From assembly GCA_963807065.1 (NCBI GenBank), contig CAWDZQ010000004.1, forward strand, positions 1,415,017-1,479,016: 64,000 bases of DNA, read 5' to 3'. Below are positions 29,899 to 40,731 of the stretch, in pieces. A model generated the notes under the pieces. The model saw only the letters and a list, made by a program, of their open reading frames with translations. It had not been told where the DNA came from and searched no databases. This DNA comes from an uncultured Chloroflexia bacterium (GTDB taxonomy: Bacteria; Chloroflexota; Anaerolineae; Anaerolineales; E44-bin32). The position numbers and the translations under genes were made by a program. Each line of letters starts with the position of its first letter. Position 1 is the stretch's first letter.

Positions 29899-31083
29899 CT
29901 AGGCTCCGAAGAAGACCGTGCGGAGAAAGTCGGCCATCTCATGGTCTTCCTGGCGGGCGATGAGCCCCCGAGCGCGCTCCAGGTGCCGGACATGGCCGCG
30001 GAGGATCGAAGCCAGCCGCCGTTTCTTCCTGGCTTGCATGGCAATGGACAAGGCGGTCTTCTTGTCGCCTCCACGGGCAAGGTAGACGGCGGCGAAGGTG
30101 AGGGCTTCGTAATCAGCCCCGGTTTCTATGGCTTCACGAGTCAGCCGGCGACCGACCTCACTGGAGACTCCTGTTCGCTCGCACAAGGCCTGTAGATCGC
30201 CTTCATCATCTGGATGGGCCTTCGCCGAACTCCTGGATGCGGCCGCCTCGCTGCCGCGGCCAGCTGATCGGGCAGGATGTTTCCCCTTCTTTCGGGGGCT
30301 CGGGTCAGTTGCCGGGCTGTTGTTTTCGTGAAGCGTGGTGAGTCCGGTGGCGGACCTGGCCGCCGCCTCTGGCTCGACGCCGCCCTCAACGAGCTGCCGG
30401 AAGGACTGCGCCTGACTGATGGAGACGCTATGGAGCATGTCTGCCGCGGCTACCTGATGGTCTTCGTCGAGCGTGCGGAAGACCGGCTGCAGTTCGATGA
30501 TCGTGCGAGCGGCTACACCTTCGGAGAAGAGCCTGCGCAGGGCGGGGGGGCTTTTCTCGTAGGCGGCCACCAGATCCGAAGTGGTCCCGAAGGGTATGCC
30601 CGTCACCTTCGCCAGTCCGCGCAGGCTCAACCCGGGTTCGCTCTTGCGGCGCTCGACCAGGGCGATGGCCTTCTCATACGGCAGCAGATGGCGGTGGCCC
30701 GCGTTCTCCGCCATGTTCAAGGCTTGGAGATCATCACTCTTATTGGCAACGATTCCGGGGATGTGCTCTTGGCCCACCGCTCGAGCGGCGGCCAGGCGCC
30801 GGTGCCCGGAAACGAGTCGGTACTGTGTGTCCGCGCCGAGTTCGGAGGGGAGCCATTCGACATAGACAGGCTCCAGGACTCCGTGTCGCCGGACGCTCTC
30901 GAGTAGCTCGGCATCTTCGGTGATTTGGTCCGGATCGAATGCCACTTGGCGAGTCTGAAAGGGGCTATCTCCGACGATCGCACGGACGGCGATGGGCATG
31001 TACGTACGGGTGAGTTGCCCCTCTCTCGGCTTGTCGGTCTGAGCCCGTCCGGAAACGCCGAATTCGCCGTCTGACAGGCTCAT
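29899..31083 (-). CDS. parB: ParB/RepB/Spo0J family protein
   Basis: PFQTR, LLESVRRHGVLEP, LVSGHRRLAA, AEN, HTH. Probable start at MSLSDG. Confidence 0.88.
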   Translation of the reverse strand: MSLSDGEFGVSGRAQTDKPREGQLTRTYMPIAVRAIVGDSPFQTRQVAFDPDQITEDAELLESVRRHGVLEPVYVEWLPSELGADTQYRLVSGHRRLAAARAVGQEHIPGIVANKSDDLQALNMAENAGHRHLLPYEKAIALVERRKSEPGLSLRGLAKVTGIPFGTTSDLVAAYEKSPPALRRLFSEGVAARTIIELQPVFRTLDEDHQVAAADMLHSVSISQAQSFRQLVEGGVEPEAAARSATGLTTLHENNSPATDPSPRKKGKHPARSAGRGSEAAASRSSAKAHPDDEGDLQALCERTGVSSEVGRRLTREAIETGADYEALTFAAVYLARGGDKKTALSIAMQARKKRRLASILRGHVRHLERARGLIARQEDHEMADFLRTVFFGA

Positions 31084-31111
31084 CTCTTCCAGCAGGCTCT
31101 CGCCACCGCGC

Positions 31112-32053
31112 CTAGCGGCCACCTGCAACTCCTTCTCCGGCAAGTGAGTACGCGTCTTCGTGGACCGGGACGGCCATGCCAAGCGATGCAGACGTCGTCC
31201 CGCGCGGGGCCTTGCCCACGTCGGATGCTCCCGCGCTGTCTGTCCGCCCCTGGGGCCCGACTTCTTTGACGAAATCGAGAATAGCCTCGAAGAAAGGCAC
31301 ATGACGCCGGGGGAAGGCGCCATACCGCCATCGACCACGCACAATGGTCTTGGAGAAAGGCAATGAAGGCAGCACTCCGAATCCCATCCCTGCCAAGGTC
31401 TCGTCTTGGAGGAGCTGCTTTCGCCAGCGGTTGAGCTCCTTGCTCTCCCACTGAGTCTTGCCCATCCCCACGGGGGCCAGAGCCCCATGGGAGCAGCCGA
31501 TCTGGCGGGCCAGCATGAGGGTGTTGATCGTCGGTCGCGCTGTCTGCTGTGAGAACATGATCGGGACCACGAGAGTGTCGGCCGCGTGGATCCCGAGACT
31601 CACCAAGCCCGGCCCAGAGCCGGTGTCCACGATAACCAGTGTGCCGTTGGGGATGGGCGCCTCATCCAGGACATTAGCGAGGAGGGCGGGGTATTCAAGG
31701 GTGACCGATGAACCAAATTGGGCCAAAGACGCGTTTGACGGGATGACGAGGATGCGATCATCAAATCTCGATGGCCGAATGGCTTCCAGGAACATCGCCC
31801 TTGTAGGCATGCCCCGGGACTCTGCCTGAAGGACGTCGGCCACGGTCGGACCCTCGATGGACCCGCCCAGCAGAATGCTTGAGAGTCCGGCTTGAGGGTC
31901 GAGATCCAGAAGGACGACCGGACGAGGATCCCGGCCAACTGCATACCGCGCCAGCATGGCCGAGATTGTGGTCTTTCCCACCCCGCCTTTCATGGAAGTG
32001 AGGGTCAGAACATGGTGGGTTCCCAGGGTTGGTCTTGACATTGCCTGCGTCAA
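31112..32053 (-). CDS. parA: ParA family ATPase
   Basis: KGGVGKTT, DLDPQ, IVDT. Confidence 0.9.
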   Translation of the reverse strand: MTQAMSRPTLGTHHVLTLTSMKGGVGKTTISAMLARYAVGRDPRPVVLLDLDPQAGLSSILLGGSIEGPTVADVLQAESRGMPTRAMFLEAIRPSRFDDRILVIPSNASLAQFGSSVTLEYPALLANVLDEAPIPNGTLVIVDTGSGPGLVSLGIHAADTLVVPIMFSQQTARPTINTLMLARQIGCSHGALAPVGMGKTQWESKELNRWRKQLLQDETLAGMGFGVLPSLPFSKTIVRGRWRYGAFPRRHVPFFEAILDFVKEVGPQGRTDSAGASDVGKAPRGTTSASLGMAVPVHEDAYSLAGEGVAGGR

Positions 32054-32430
32054 ACTCAGTCCTTGCCCTGTAGCGGGGAAAAATGCGGTCGAGGGGATGA
32101 ATTCAATCGGACTTTAGCATTCCGAGATCAGAGAGGCCGTTACGGAGGTGTTACATTGGACGCACGCGTGGCCGTGGATCGTGGTCGTGACCGGCCAGAG
32201 TGGCTTGTACGCGCGCGTACACTGCCAGGCCTTGCGTAGGAAGGATGTGCCGACAGTGAGCACATCCAATCCCCAAATCGTCGCGGCAGAGCGATAGATG
32301 CAGGGGCATAGGCCAAATTGGCGACTTCTGCTGCGCATTGGGCTGCGCGACCATGGAAGGGCGTGGGAATTGCCGGCGCTCCCATGGGAGCGCGGCGGGG
32401 CGCATATGTACCGACCAAGGAGGTGACAGT

Positions 32431-32640
32431 GTGAGATTCGGAATCAGAAAGCCGTCACTCAAACGACGCATCGCCGCCAGGACTTCGTGGAAGCGGGCGG
32501 TGAGGCACCGGATGGGAGTTAAGGCCCCCAGAGGCATGGGCTGGTTCACCAATCCGAAGAAAGCGGCCTACAACCGTATCTACAATCGAACTTCGGTGAG
32601 CGTGGACAAGGTCTTCAAACTTCGAAAACGAAGTAAGTAA
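32431..32640 (+). CDS. Small basic protein of a type seen in prophages/MGEs
   Basis: RFGIRKPSLKRRIAART...GMGWFTNPKKAAYNRIYNRTS, with RBS AAGGAGGTGA before GTG. Confidence 0.75.
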   Translation: MRFGIRKPSLKRRIAARTSWKRAVRHRMGVKAPRGMGWFTNPKKAAYNRIYNRTSVSVDKVFKLRKRSK

Positions 32641-33494
32641 TCACGCGCACATAGCGTTTGGCGGAGTACGAAGAGGTGGTCCGTCACCCGATCGCAGGAA
32701 CCTGAAGATTGTTCCGTAGGGGTCTGGCATAGGCCCGTAGAGCATCCGGGGAGAAAATCAGCCCTGGTTCCGGGAATTTGGGAAACAGGATTTTCGCGCT
32801 GGGGAGAAGTTCCTTCGCCTGCTTCATATACGTCAGTGCTTGGAAAGGCAGGTGTAACAGCCCGACTCATACTAGACGTCCTTCGCAATCCCCGGGTTTG
32901 ATTCGTACCAATGTCCAAGCGCGTGCAGTTTCAGGGTGTCCACGAACCGAAGTCGGACTCCCGAATGCGATCTGAGCTCCTCCTAGACACGCACGGTTGC
33001 CCTTGCCATTCGACTCTTCTCGAATGATGAACCTCGCCAGATCTGAATCCTGTGGTCACTCCAATTCTCGACCGAGTTCTCGCAAACGATCTGTAGTGAC
33101 CTTCCGATCTTCAATCGGTGACACCTTCCGATGGGTGATCCAGGTAGGCGCCTCGCGACGGCAGATAAACCGGACACCCAAAAGGACCTCACTGCAAGTG
33201 GGTGAAACCTCTCGTTATCACGCGTTACCTCGATGTTACTTTCCCCCTCGACCTGTTGACTTCTCCCCGCACTCCACCTAGCATCGAGATTGCCTATTCA
33301 TTTTGAAAAACCGATCGCCAGGAAAAATGCGCCAGGTGGCGGGGCTTTGCCGTTCGGGCAAACCAAGGTCCCACGACTTGGCCGGCAACCCAGAGACTGT
33401 CAGGTCCGCAAGTCATCCCAATGCCCAGAAATGGAATACTCGTTCATCGTCGCGACCCCGCCAATGGTCGGGCGAGCGAAAGGAGGTTAAGATT

Positions 33495-33731
33495 GTGGCA
33501 GAGGCGAGCTCAATGGCAGAGACCGTAGGAGAGATGACCAAGGAGGAGCTGAGGGAAATGCTCGATGTCGTTTTCGAGCAGAAGCTCATCGAACTCTTGG
33601 GAGACCCGGACGAGGGCCAAGAGATCCGGGAAGAGATCCGTGAAAGGCTCTTGCAGCAAATGAGGGAGGTTTCGCGGGGTGAGAGGGGGCAGCCCCTAAA
33701 GGACGTGGCGCGCGATCTCGGGATCGAGTAA
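33495..33731 (+). CDS. Putative antitoxin
   Basis: LLGDPDEGQEIRE...LKDVARDLGIE, directly upstream of a RelE-like gene. RBS AGGAGG. Confidence 0.7.
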   Translation: MAEASSMAETVGEMTKEELREMLDVVFEQKLIELLGDPDEGQEIREEIRERLLQQMREVSRGERGQPLKDVARDLGIE

Positions 33732-33736
33732 ACGCG

Positions 33737-33997
33737 ATGTACCAAATCCGCATTCTCAGTGCGGCCGCCCGTAATCTGTCCAAGTTGGACAAGCCGGTCG
33801 GCCGCAGAATCGTTAATCGACTTGTTTGGCTGGCCGACAATGTGGAACTCGTTCGCCTTGAACGGCTCACAGGGGAACTGGGGGACCTCCATAAACTCCG
33901 TGTCGGCGACTACCGGGTTCTGTAGAACATCCTGTATGAAGAAGAGACGATTGTGGTTCATGCCGTAGGGCATCGTAGGGACATCTACCGCCGCTGA
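33737..33997 (+). pseudogene. relE: RelE/ParE toxin with internal TAG at 33923
   Basis: KLRVGDYRVL*NILYEEETIVVHAVGHRRDIYRR reads through in frame. Confidence 0.8.
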
Positions 33998-34027
33998 CTC
34001 TTCCTGCCCAGAACGTGGCAAAAAGGA

Positions 34028-34073
34028 CTGACCCGACCGCCGGGATACCCCGGCGGTTTTCGTTGTCGGGTCA
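34028..34073 (+). terminator. Hairpin/terminator after the TA pair
   Basis: ACCGCCGGG-ATAC-CCCGGCGGT-TTT nested in TGACCCGAC/GTCGGGTCA. Confidence 0.55.
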
Positions 34074-34211
34074 ACCAGGATTGTGTCGCCTGCGGCTCGC
34101 GACAGAGTTGGGGGCAGCGTGCCTGTTAGTGCCAGGTTCTGTCAGGCGGAAATGCTGCCGGCGCATGCGCCGGAGTTCCTCCTGTGAGGACATCGGGAAA
34201 GGGAGAAAGAG

Positions 34212-35924
34212 ATGCAGTTGATCACGGGCGGACCGGGCTCGGGAAAGACGCAGCGCCTGGTGGACGAGATCGAGTCCCGCATCAAGAACGGGACCTCCCC
34301 GTACGCCGTGCTGGCCACCACCTTCAGCCGCCAGGCGGCGGCAGAAATCTCCAGGCGGCTGGGCGGCGACGTGCCGGTCCGCACGGTCCACGGGACCGCC
34401 TACTGGCTGATGAGTCTGGGCAGGAGGTCGAAGGGGGAACGCGTGCCGAAAGTGATTTCAGAAGACGAGGCGATGACAGTCATGGAGCGAGCGGCGGTCG
34501 AGATCGGCGCCAGATTCCTCGAGCCAAAGGAGGTCATCCACGACATGGACCGCATCCGAGCACGGGGAGGAAGTCTGGAAGCGCTGCACCCGCAGGCCCA
34601 GACGATGATTTAGCGCTACTTCCAGATCCTGAACGCCGAGAACTCGGTCGACTTCGCCGGCATCCTGGAACAAGCCCATCGAGAGCTGAAGGATGGCGGC
34701 CTGCGGACGTTTCTAAGTGGGATGCACCTGTTCGTTGACGAAGGGCAGGACCTCAACCCGGTCACGGAGTGGCCTATCCTGCAGGCGCTGATGGAGGGAT
34801 CGGAGGAGACAGTAATGCTGGCTTCGCCCTCCCAGCAGATCTACGGCTTCCGCGGCGCGGATTGGGAGCGACTGGTCTCGTGCTTCCCCCAGGGACTGCA
34901 GTCCGAGTCCATGCATCGGAACCACCGTTCCACGCCGGAGATCGTCAACGCCGCCCGCCCGCTGGCCGGCCCCGACGCCTGGGCCATGCAGCCGTCGCGT
35001 GACAGCCTGGGGATTCCGGTGCAGGCGGTGGAGGCGCTGAGCCCGGAGGCGGAGTTGGATTTCGTCGGCCGGCAGGTGGCCGAATGGGTCGAGCTGTTTC
35101 AGCGTGAAGGGCACCCGCTGCATGAGATCGCCGTGCTGACCCGAGTGCATTCGCAACAGAACCAGGTGCAGGTGGCGCTCCGGCTGCGCGACCTCCCCTA
35201 CCGCACAATCGGAAGCGGGCCAGGGTTGTTCGAGCGCCCGGAGGCGCAGGCCCTGCTCGCCTACCTGCGGCTGGCGTTCGACCCGATGGATGACACGTCC
35301 CTCGAGACGATCGTGGATTTCCCGCCCTGCGGGATCGGGGTGCGCACGCGCTACAGGCTGCGGGGGAACGCCGTCCTGGGCTGGGACCACCTGATCAGGG
35401 TGCTGGCGGATCCCGAGTCGTGGGGCCCGCAGGTTGTGGGACGGGTTCTGCGCATCCTCGACCTGCGGGAGCTGTTCGACGAGGCGATGGCGAGCCGCCT
35501 GACTCTCCTGCAGCTCGTGGCGCGAGTCGTCGAGTTGAGTGGAATCCCCGATTATCTGAACAGCGAAGGTGACCATGGCGGGGTGCGGGCGCTCAACGAC
35601 CTGGTCCAGCTCAGCCGGGAGTTCGGGCGGGCCGCCGAGTTCGCCCGATACCTGGAGGCGGAGTTGGCCCGCCCCAGCCAGGGCGACGGCATCCAGTTGG
35701 GGACGATCCATGCTTCGAAAGGGCGGGAGTGGAAGGCCGTCCTGCTGCCTGGGTTCAATGAGGGATTGCTGCCGCTGGAGGCCGGCGATCCCCGGGAGGA
35801 GCAGAACATCGCCTTCGTCGGACTCACGCGGGCCAAGGATCGTCTGGTCCTCAGCCTGTCGCGGCCGGTGCCGGTGAGCCCGTTCCTGGCCAGGCTGCCC
35901 GTCGGCCACCGGCGGTGGCCCTAG
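34212..35924 (+). CDS. UvrD/PcrA-like SF1 helicase with one in-frame TAG at 34611
   Basis: GGPGSGKT, TFS, VDEGQD, QQIYGFRGA, NHRS, TIHASKGREW, FVGLTRAK, all in one frame across the stop. Confidence 0.88.
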
Positions 35925-36064
35925 CCGTTGGGCGGGTCCGGGGCGGGGAGCAGGGGTGCATCGGCGAAAAGGCAGCCGCGGAGCGGTCGAGATGATTGAC
36001 CGGACCACAATAGGTTGTAGTATATTTGTAGCGAATTCTGCTACAGCGAAAGGGGAAGACAACC

Positions 36065-36355
36065 ATGCGCTTCGTACCGTATCGCTTCCTGCGCAACCAG
36101 GCCGGGAAGCTTCGAAGGCGGCTGACGGATGAGGGGGAACTGGTCATCACCAGCAGCGGCGAGCCGATCGCGGTGATGATCGACGTCGACTCGGACAGCC
36201 TGGAAGAGACCCTCTTTCTGGTGTCCCAGATCCGGGCGAGGCAGGCGGTCTCCGCGCTGCGGAGACAGGCCAGGGAGGGCGGGCTGGACCGACTATCGGT
36301 CGATGAGATCGAGGCCGAGGTCCGGGCCGTGCGCAGAGGCCGCGGCCAGAGCTGA
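36065..36355 (+). CDS. Phd/YefM-like antitoxin
   Basis: LRNQAGKL...LVITSSGEPIAVM, upstream of a PIN gene. Confidence 0.8.
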   Translation: MRFVPYRFLRNQAGKLRRRLTDEGELVITSSGEPIAVMIDVDSDSLEETLFLVSQIRARQAVSALRRQAREGGLDRLSVDEIEAEVRAVRRGRGQS

Positions 36356-36358
36356 GCC

Positions 36359-36793
36359 ATGCTCATCGTCCTCGATACCAATGTGCTCGTCTCGGGGCTT
36401 TTGAACCCCCACGGGGCGCCGGGAAGGATCCTCGACCTGCTCATCGCTGGCGAACTCACCCTGGCCTACGATGACCGGGTGATGTCCGAATACGCCGAGG
36501 TCTTGAAGCGGCCGAGGTTTGGATTTCCCGAGGCCCGCGTGCAAGCGGTCCTTGATTTCCTCCAGCTGGCCGGCGACCCTGTTTCTGCCCCGCCGCTCCA
36601 GGTGGGGGAGGTCCCCGACGTCGACGATCTCGCCTTCGGTGAAGTGGCGGCCGCCGCACAAGCGGAGGCGGTGGTCACGGGCAACCCCGAGCATTTCGAG
36701 TACCTCGAAGGATCGGCCGTGCGCGTTCTTTCCCCAAGGGCGTTTCTGGACCAATGGCCGGCGATCTCGCCCCGCCCCGATCGGCCGGAGTAG
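36359..36793 (+). CDS. PIN-domain toxin
   Basis: VLDTNVLVSGLL, EY.EVL.RP, PDVDD, VTGN..HF. Confidence 0.9.
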   Translation: MLIVLDTNVLVSGLLNPHGAPGRILDLLIAGELTLAYDDRVMSEYAEVLKRPRFGFPEARVQAVLDFLQLAGDPVSAPPLQVGEVPDVDDLAFGEVAAAAQAEAVVTGNPEHFEYLEGSAVRVLSPRAFLDQWPAISPRPDRPE

Positions 36794-36874
36794 CTCTCCA
36801 GGCCGTCTTGCCCCTGGAGGCGCGACGCCTCTAGTATTTCCCCAACCACCCATTCAATCCGAGGGGGTCGACCG

Positions 36875-37939
36875 ATGGACGACAAGCCCGATCTGGTTCC
36901 CATCATGGCCCTGGCAGGCGTCGAACTTGGAACGAGCCGTGAGCGCGCCCAGATCATGGCGCGCTGCCCGTTTCACGACGATGGCGGCCGTCCCAACATG
37001 AGCGTTAGCCCCAACAGTGGGCTCTGGCACTGTTTCCGTTGCGGTCGAGGCGGCGACGTGTACGACTTTCAGGGTCAGCTGGTCTACGGCGACGCCTGGA
37101 ACAACCGCGACGAGGCGATGTTCAAAGATGTCCTGGTGCGGCTGGGCCGGCTGGACGTGCCGAGGTTGCGGCCGCAGCCGGCTGCGCCGCCCCGCGAGCT
37201 GACCCGGGAGATCGTGCAGGTGCTGGCGCTGGCCAGCCGGGTCTATCACCTGGCGCTGCTGGGCAAAGCAGGGGAGGCGGCGCGGGGGTACCTGGCGGGC
37301 CGGGCGATCGATGGGGAAGCCATCTCCCGCTTCAGGCTGGGCTATGCCGTCCCGGGTGCGCTGCTGGGGGCCCTGGCCGGCTACCCGCCGCAGCTGCGCC
37401 GGGCGGCCGAAGTCGCCGGCCTATACCTGCCCATTGAAAAGGGTGCGCGGCGAGAGCTGATGGCCGATCGGGTCGTCTTTCCGGACCTCGACCGCCACGG
37501 CCGCGTGCTGCACATGGTCGGACGCTCGCTGCTGAAGGACGCCGGCTTGCGCTACCTGTCGCTGAACGGTCTGCCGAAGACCCTCTGGGGCCTGGCCAAC
37601 GTGCGGCCAGGCGAGCCGGTCATCGTGACGGAAAGCATCATCGACGCCGTCAACCTGCGCCAGATGGGGTACCAGGGCGTGGCGGTCAACGGGACCGGCA
37701 TCGCCGGGCACCTTCTGCCCAAATTGAGGCGGAGGAAGCAGCTGTTCATCCTCAGCCAGAACGACGAGGCTGGTCTGGTAGCGGCCCAAAGATGGCTGGA
37801 AAAGCTGCCCAAGGCACGACTGCTCGAACACTCCTTCGATAGTGGCGAGAAGGACCTGAACGATCAGGTGGATCGAATTGGTCTGAGGCGCACCCGAGAG
37901 AAGGTTGGCTCGGCGCTGGCGGCGGTTCACGGTCCATAG
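36875..37939 (+). CDS. DnaG-like primase (CHC2 zinc finger + Toprim)
   Basis: CPFHDD...WHCFRCGRGGD, VTESIIDA, NDEAG, KDLND. Confidence 0.88.
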   Translation: MDDKPDLVPIMALAGVELGTSRERAQIMARCPFHDDGGRPNMSVSPNSGLWHCFRCGRGGDVYDFQGQLVYGDAWNNRDEAMFKDVLVRLGRLDVPRLRPQPAAPPRELTREIVQVLALASRVYHLALLGKAGEAARGYLAGRAIDGEAISRFRLGYAVPGALLGALAGYPPQLRRAAEVAGLYLPIEKGARRELMADRVVFPDLDRHGRVLHMVGRSLLKDAGLRYLSLNGLPKTLWGLANVRPGEPVIVTESIIDAVNLRQMGYQGVAVNGTGIAGHLLPKLRRRKQLFILSQNDEAGLVAAQRWLEKLPKARLLEHSFDSGEKDLNDQVDRIGLRRTREKVGSALAAVHGP

Positions 37940-38039
37940 TTGGGACACCTTGCGGATCGACGATGGGGCTCCCCTACACGGGGAGGCGACCCTGAGGTAC
38001 AATGGGGGAAGATAATCGGAATTGCAGAAAATCGGCACC

Positions 38040-38320
38040 ATGGAGGGCTATTGTGGACACCAAGTGATTCAAATGCGCAAAAAGGGGGTCATCACCGTCC
38101 CCGTCGAATTGAGACGCAAATACGGCCTGGCGGAAGGGGAGATCTTCACATTTGTCGAGCTGGGTGAGGGCGCTTTCATGTTGACGCCAGGGTCTTCTGA
38201 ACTCGCCAGGTTGGGCGACAAGGCAGCCGAACTGCTGCGGGAAGAGGGCGTCTCCCTTGAAGATCTACTGGAAGCCTCGACGAGGAGCGAGAGCAGTACT
38301 ACAAGGAGAAATATGCCTGA
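38040..38320 (+). CDS. AbrB/MazE-type antitoxin (frameshift near 3' end)
   Basis: KKGVITVPVELRRKYGLAEG. Confidence 0.8.
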
Positions 38321-38773
38321 AGTGGAGCTGTTCTTCGACAGCAGCGCTATGGTCGCTGGCATCATTTCGCCTACAGGTGGAGCCCGAGCTCTCCTTCTTC
38401 TGGCTGAGACCGGAGGATATCCATCGTCATCTCGGAGCAAGTGGTCGCAGAGACCGAACGGGCCGTTGCTCGAAATGGGCCGGGCCCGCTGCTTTACTTT
38501 CGACAGGCTCTGAAGCTGGCAGTGGGCCGAATCTTCGCGATCCAGGGCCCAGAGCAGAAATTCGAGGGCACCAACACATCGTCCAGCATGAAGCCGACGC
38601 TCCTATTGTCCTCGCCGCCATGCAGGCAGGCGTCGACTACCTTGTCACCCAAAATCGCCGCCACTTCATGGACGACCCAGAAGTAGCCCATGGATCGGGT
38701 CTCAGACATCGGTACGCCTGGCGATGCGCTGGATTGGCTCAAAGCCAGAGGCATTCTCAAGCAGAACGACTGA
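38313..38773 (+). pseudogene. PIN-domain toxin, several frameshifts
   Basis: FFDSSAMVAGIISPTGG, V.ETER, DAPIVLAA, YLVTQNRRHF spread over different frames. Confidence 0.75.
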
Positions 38774-38789
38774 GCCGGCATTGAACCCA

Positions 38790-39126
38790 TCTTGGGCCTG
38801 TGTACAGGTGGCAATCGTCAGGGGACGAAGATCGTACTAACTCCGAAGAAACGCACGGAAAAGGTCAGGCCTACTTCTGGTCGGAGTCATGGCAGCAGGC
38901 TGAGCGGGACGCAGATCGCGACATCGCTGAGGGTTGTGTGGAAACCTTTGAGACCGTCGAGGATTGGATCGGCACGTTGGATCACGACGGCGCCGAGATC
39001 GTTCGACACCTTCACAAATGGGTTGTTCACGGCCAAAGGAGCATCAAAACCGCGTGGGGGCCCCCTGCCTCGTCCATCATTGACGCCAAGCTGAACCCAC
39101 AAGACAACTTCAGTCCAAAGCACTGA
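38790..39126 (+). pseudogene. Remnant of an AbrB-type antitoxin
   Basis: QAYFWSESWQQAERDADRDIAEG..ETFETVED motif, with a broken N-terminus. Confidence 0.55.
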
Positions 39127-39451
39127 AGTCATCCCTCCTCCACCAACAAACGAAACCATCATTCCGATCGCCTCGGCCCGCGCCGAGGGCGCGGATGAGG
39201 CTGCGCCCTGCTCGCAGCCCCGTATCTGCGCGCCAGCTCGAGACTGGATTTGAGTTTCACAGCTTGCTGCACCTCACCCCTCCCTGAGGTGAAGCCGCAT
39301 ATCGAAGGAGGGAACCGCCGACGTGGGCTGAGCTGCCCCCTACGTCGGCGGTTTGGCGTTAACCGGCAGCGGTCCCCGGGCCGATCGGCTCCTCGGCTGA
39401 GCGCATGGGGGTCCCCAGTCGGGAGCCGAACCGCAATGAAGGAGGCCAGAC

Positions 39452-39874
39452 ATGGCGATACCGGTTGTCAGGATGCAAGGCGTGGGGAGGTTTACCGTCC
39501 CCGGACTGCGCGAGCCGGTCACCGGCTATCACGTGCGCCGGGCGCTGCCGCGGCTCGAGCCGGGCGTTCGCGCGGCGGTGCAGGCGTACCTGAATGGCGG
39601 CGGGCAGGGGACGCTCCCGCCGGAAGCGGTGCTGCGCGTCCTGGGGGAAGCGATCGTGGCCACGGTCTTAAGTGAGCTGCGGGCCTGTCCCCGAAGGGCG
39701 GACCCGCGAGCTGAGAGTGAATCCATTCTATGCCCCTCGCGCCGGCGGCGCAAGGCGAACCGCCGGGTCGATCTCCCCAGGAACCGCAGAAGTGCCGGAA
39801 CAAACCCAAGGACCGATCGGAAGGAAGGGGGCGCCCGCCAGGAGGCGCCCCCTTCACGCATGGAGGTTTCGTGA
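39452..39874 (+). CDS. Hypothetical protein (3' end uncertain)
   Basis: RBS AAGGAGG and a protein-like first ~75 aa. Confidence 0.45.
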   Translation: MAIPVVRMQGVGRFTVPGLREPVTGYHVRRALPRLEPGVRAAVQAYLNGGGQGTLPPEAVLRVLGEAIVATVLSELRACPRRADPRAESESILCPSRRRRKANRRVDLPRNRRSAGTNPRTDRKEGGARQEAPPSRMEVS

Positions 39875-40098
39875 TGAAGCGATGGTCGTCTCTTCAAGGG
39901 CTCCCGGCCTTGAGCTTCAGGTGGCTGGGGGCCGTGATGTCCGCCGGCCGGCGGATCGCCGGGTGGTGGATCGGCCGGCGCCGGGGATGGACCCCCGACA
40001 CCCGCCGCTACGGCGCCGGTTGGGGCTACGAAATCCGCTACGCCGGCCGGGCGTACTGGTGGGATGGCGAGCGGCTGACGCCGATCGCCGACGAATGA
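39874..40098 (+). CDS. Small Trp-rich hypothetical protein
   Basis: RBS GGAGG, MKRWSS...GWGYEIRYAGRAYWWDGERLTPIADE. Confidence 0.45.
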   Translation: MKRWSSLQGLPALSFRWLGAVMSAGRRIAGWWIGRRRGWTPDTRRYGAGWGYEIRYAGRAYWWDGERLTPIADE

Positions 40099-40731
40099 TG
40101 GTTCGCACGGGGCGGCGCTTCGCCGGTTGGCGAGGCCCCGCCTTTGTATGGAAGAACCAGGAGGGCAAAGCATGGATCGGCACAAACCGCTGCACGATCG
40201 CCTCGACCCGCACCCCAGGGCCGACGGCATGCCCCGACCGCAGGTCACGATGACGCTCGACCAGGACTCCCCGCTCAGCGCAGGGGCGCCTGCCCGTGAA
40301 GATGTCGGCTTCGAGCAGGGAGGCTCGAAATCAGGGTCGATGCCGTGGCGCTGGCGGCCCTGCTGGCCAGCGTCGGCCGGTTGTTCACGGTGGCGCAAAC
40401 CGAGGCCTACCTCCGCTCCCGGCTGAAGGTCAGGAAGGAATCGACTCCTGAGGGAACTCCGGGCGAAGGCCTAGAAGGGGAACGGGCATGACCGGGGTGC
40501 GCCTCTCCCCTCCGGCACCGCATGCGTGCCTCCTGGACGCGGCCGGCAGGGCGACGCCGGGGAGGCGCCGTCGGTCGTCATCGGCCTCGACGGCAAGGCG
40601 GAGGTCCCGGCGGGCACCCTGGTCCAGCGTCGGGTCTGTTCGGATGCCGCCCAAGACGAACGCGTCGAGGCCGACTCGCCAAAGGCCGCTTCCCCTGCGG
40701 CCTGAACTCCCCAAGACTGAGAGAGCAAAAG

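Noticed and set aside
33737-35924. Amber stop-codon recoding
   Set aside because: The two TAGs appear to replace different residues, and many neighbouring genes (uvrD, PIN, primase, flp) end normally in TAG.
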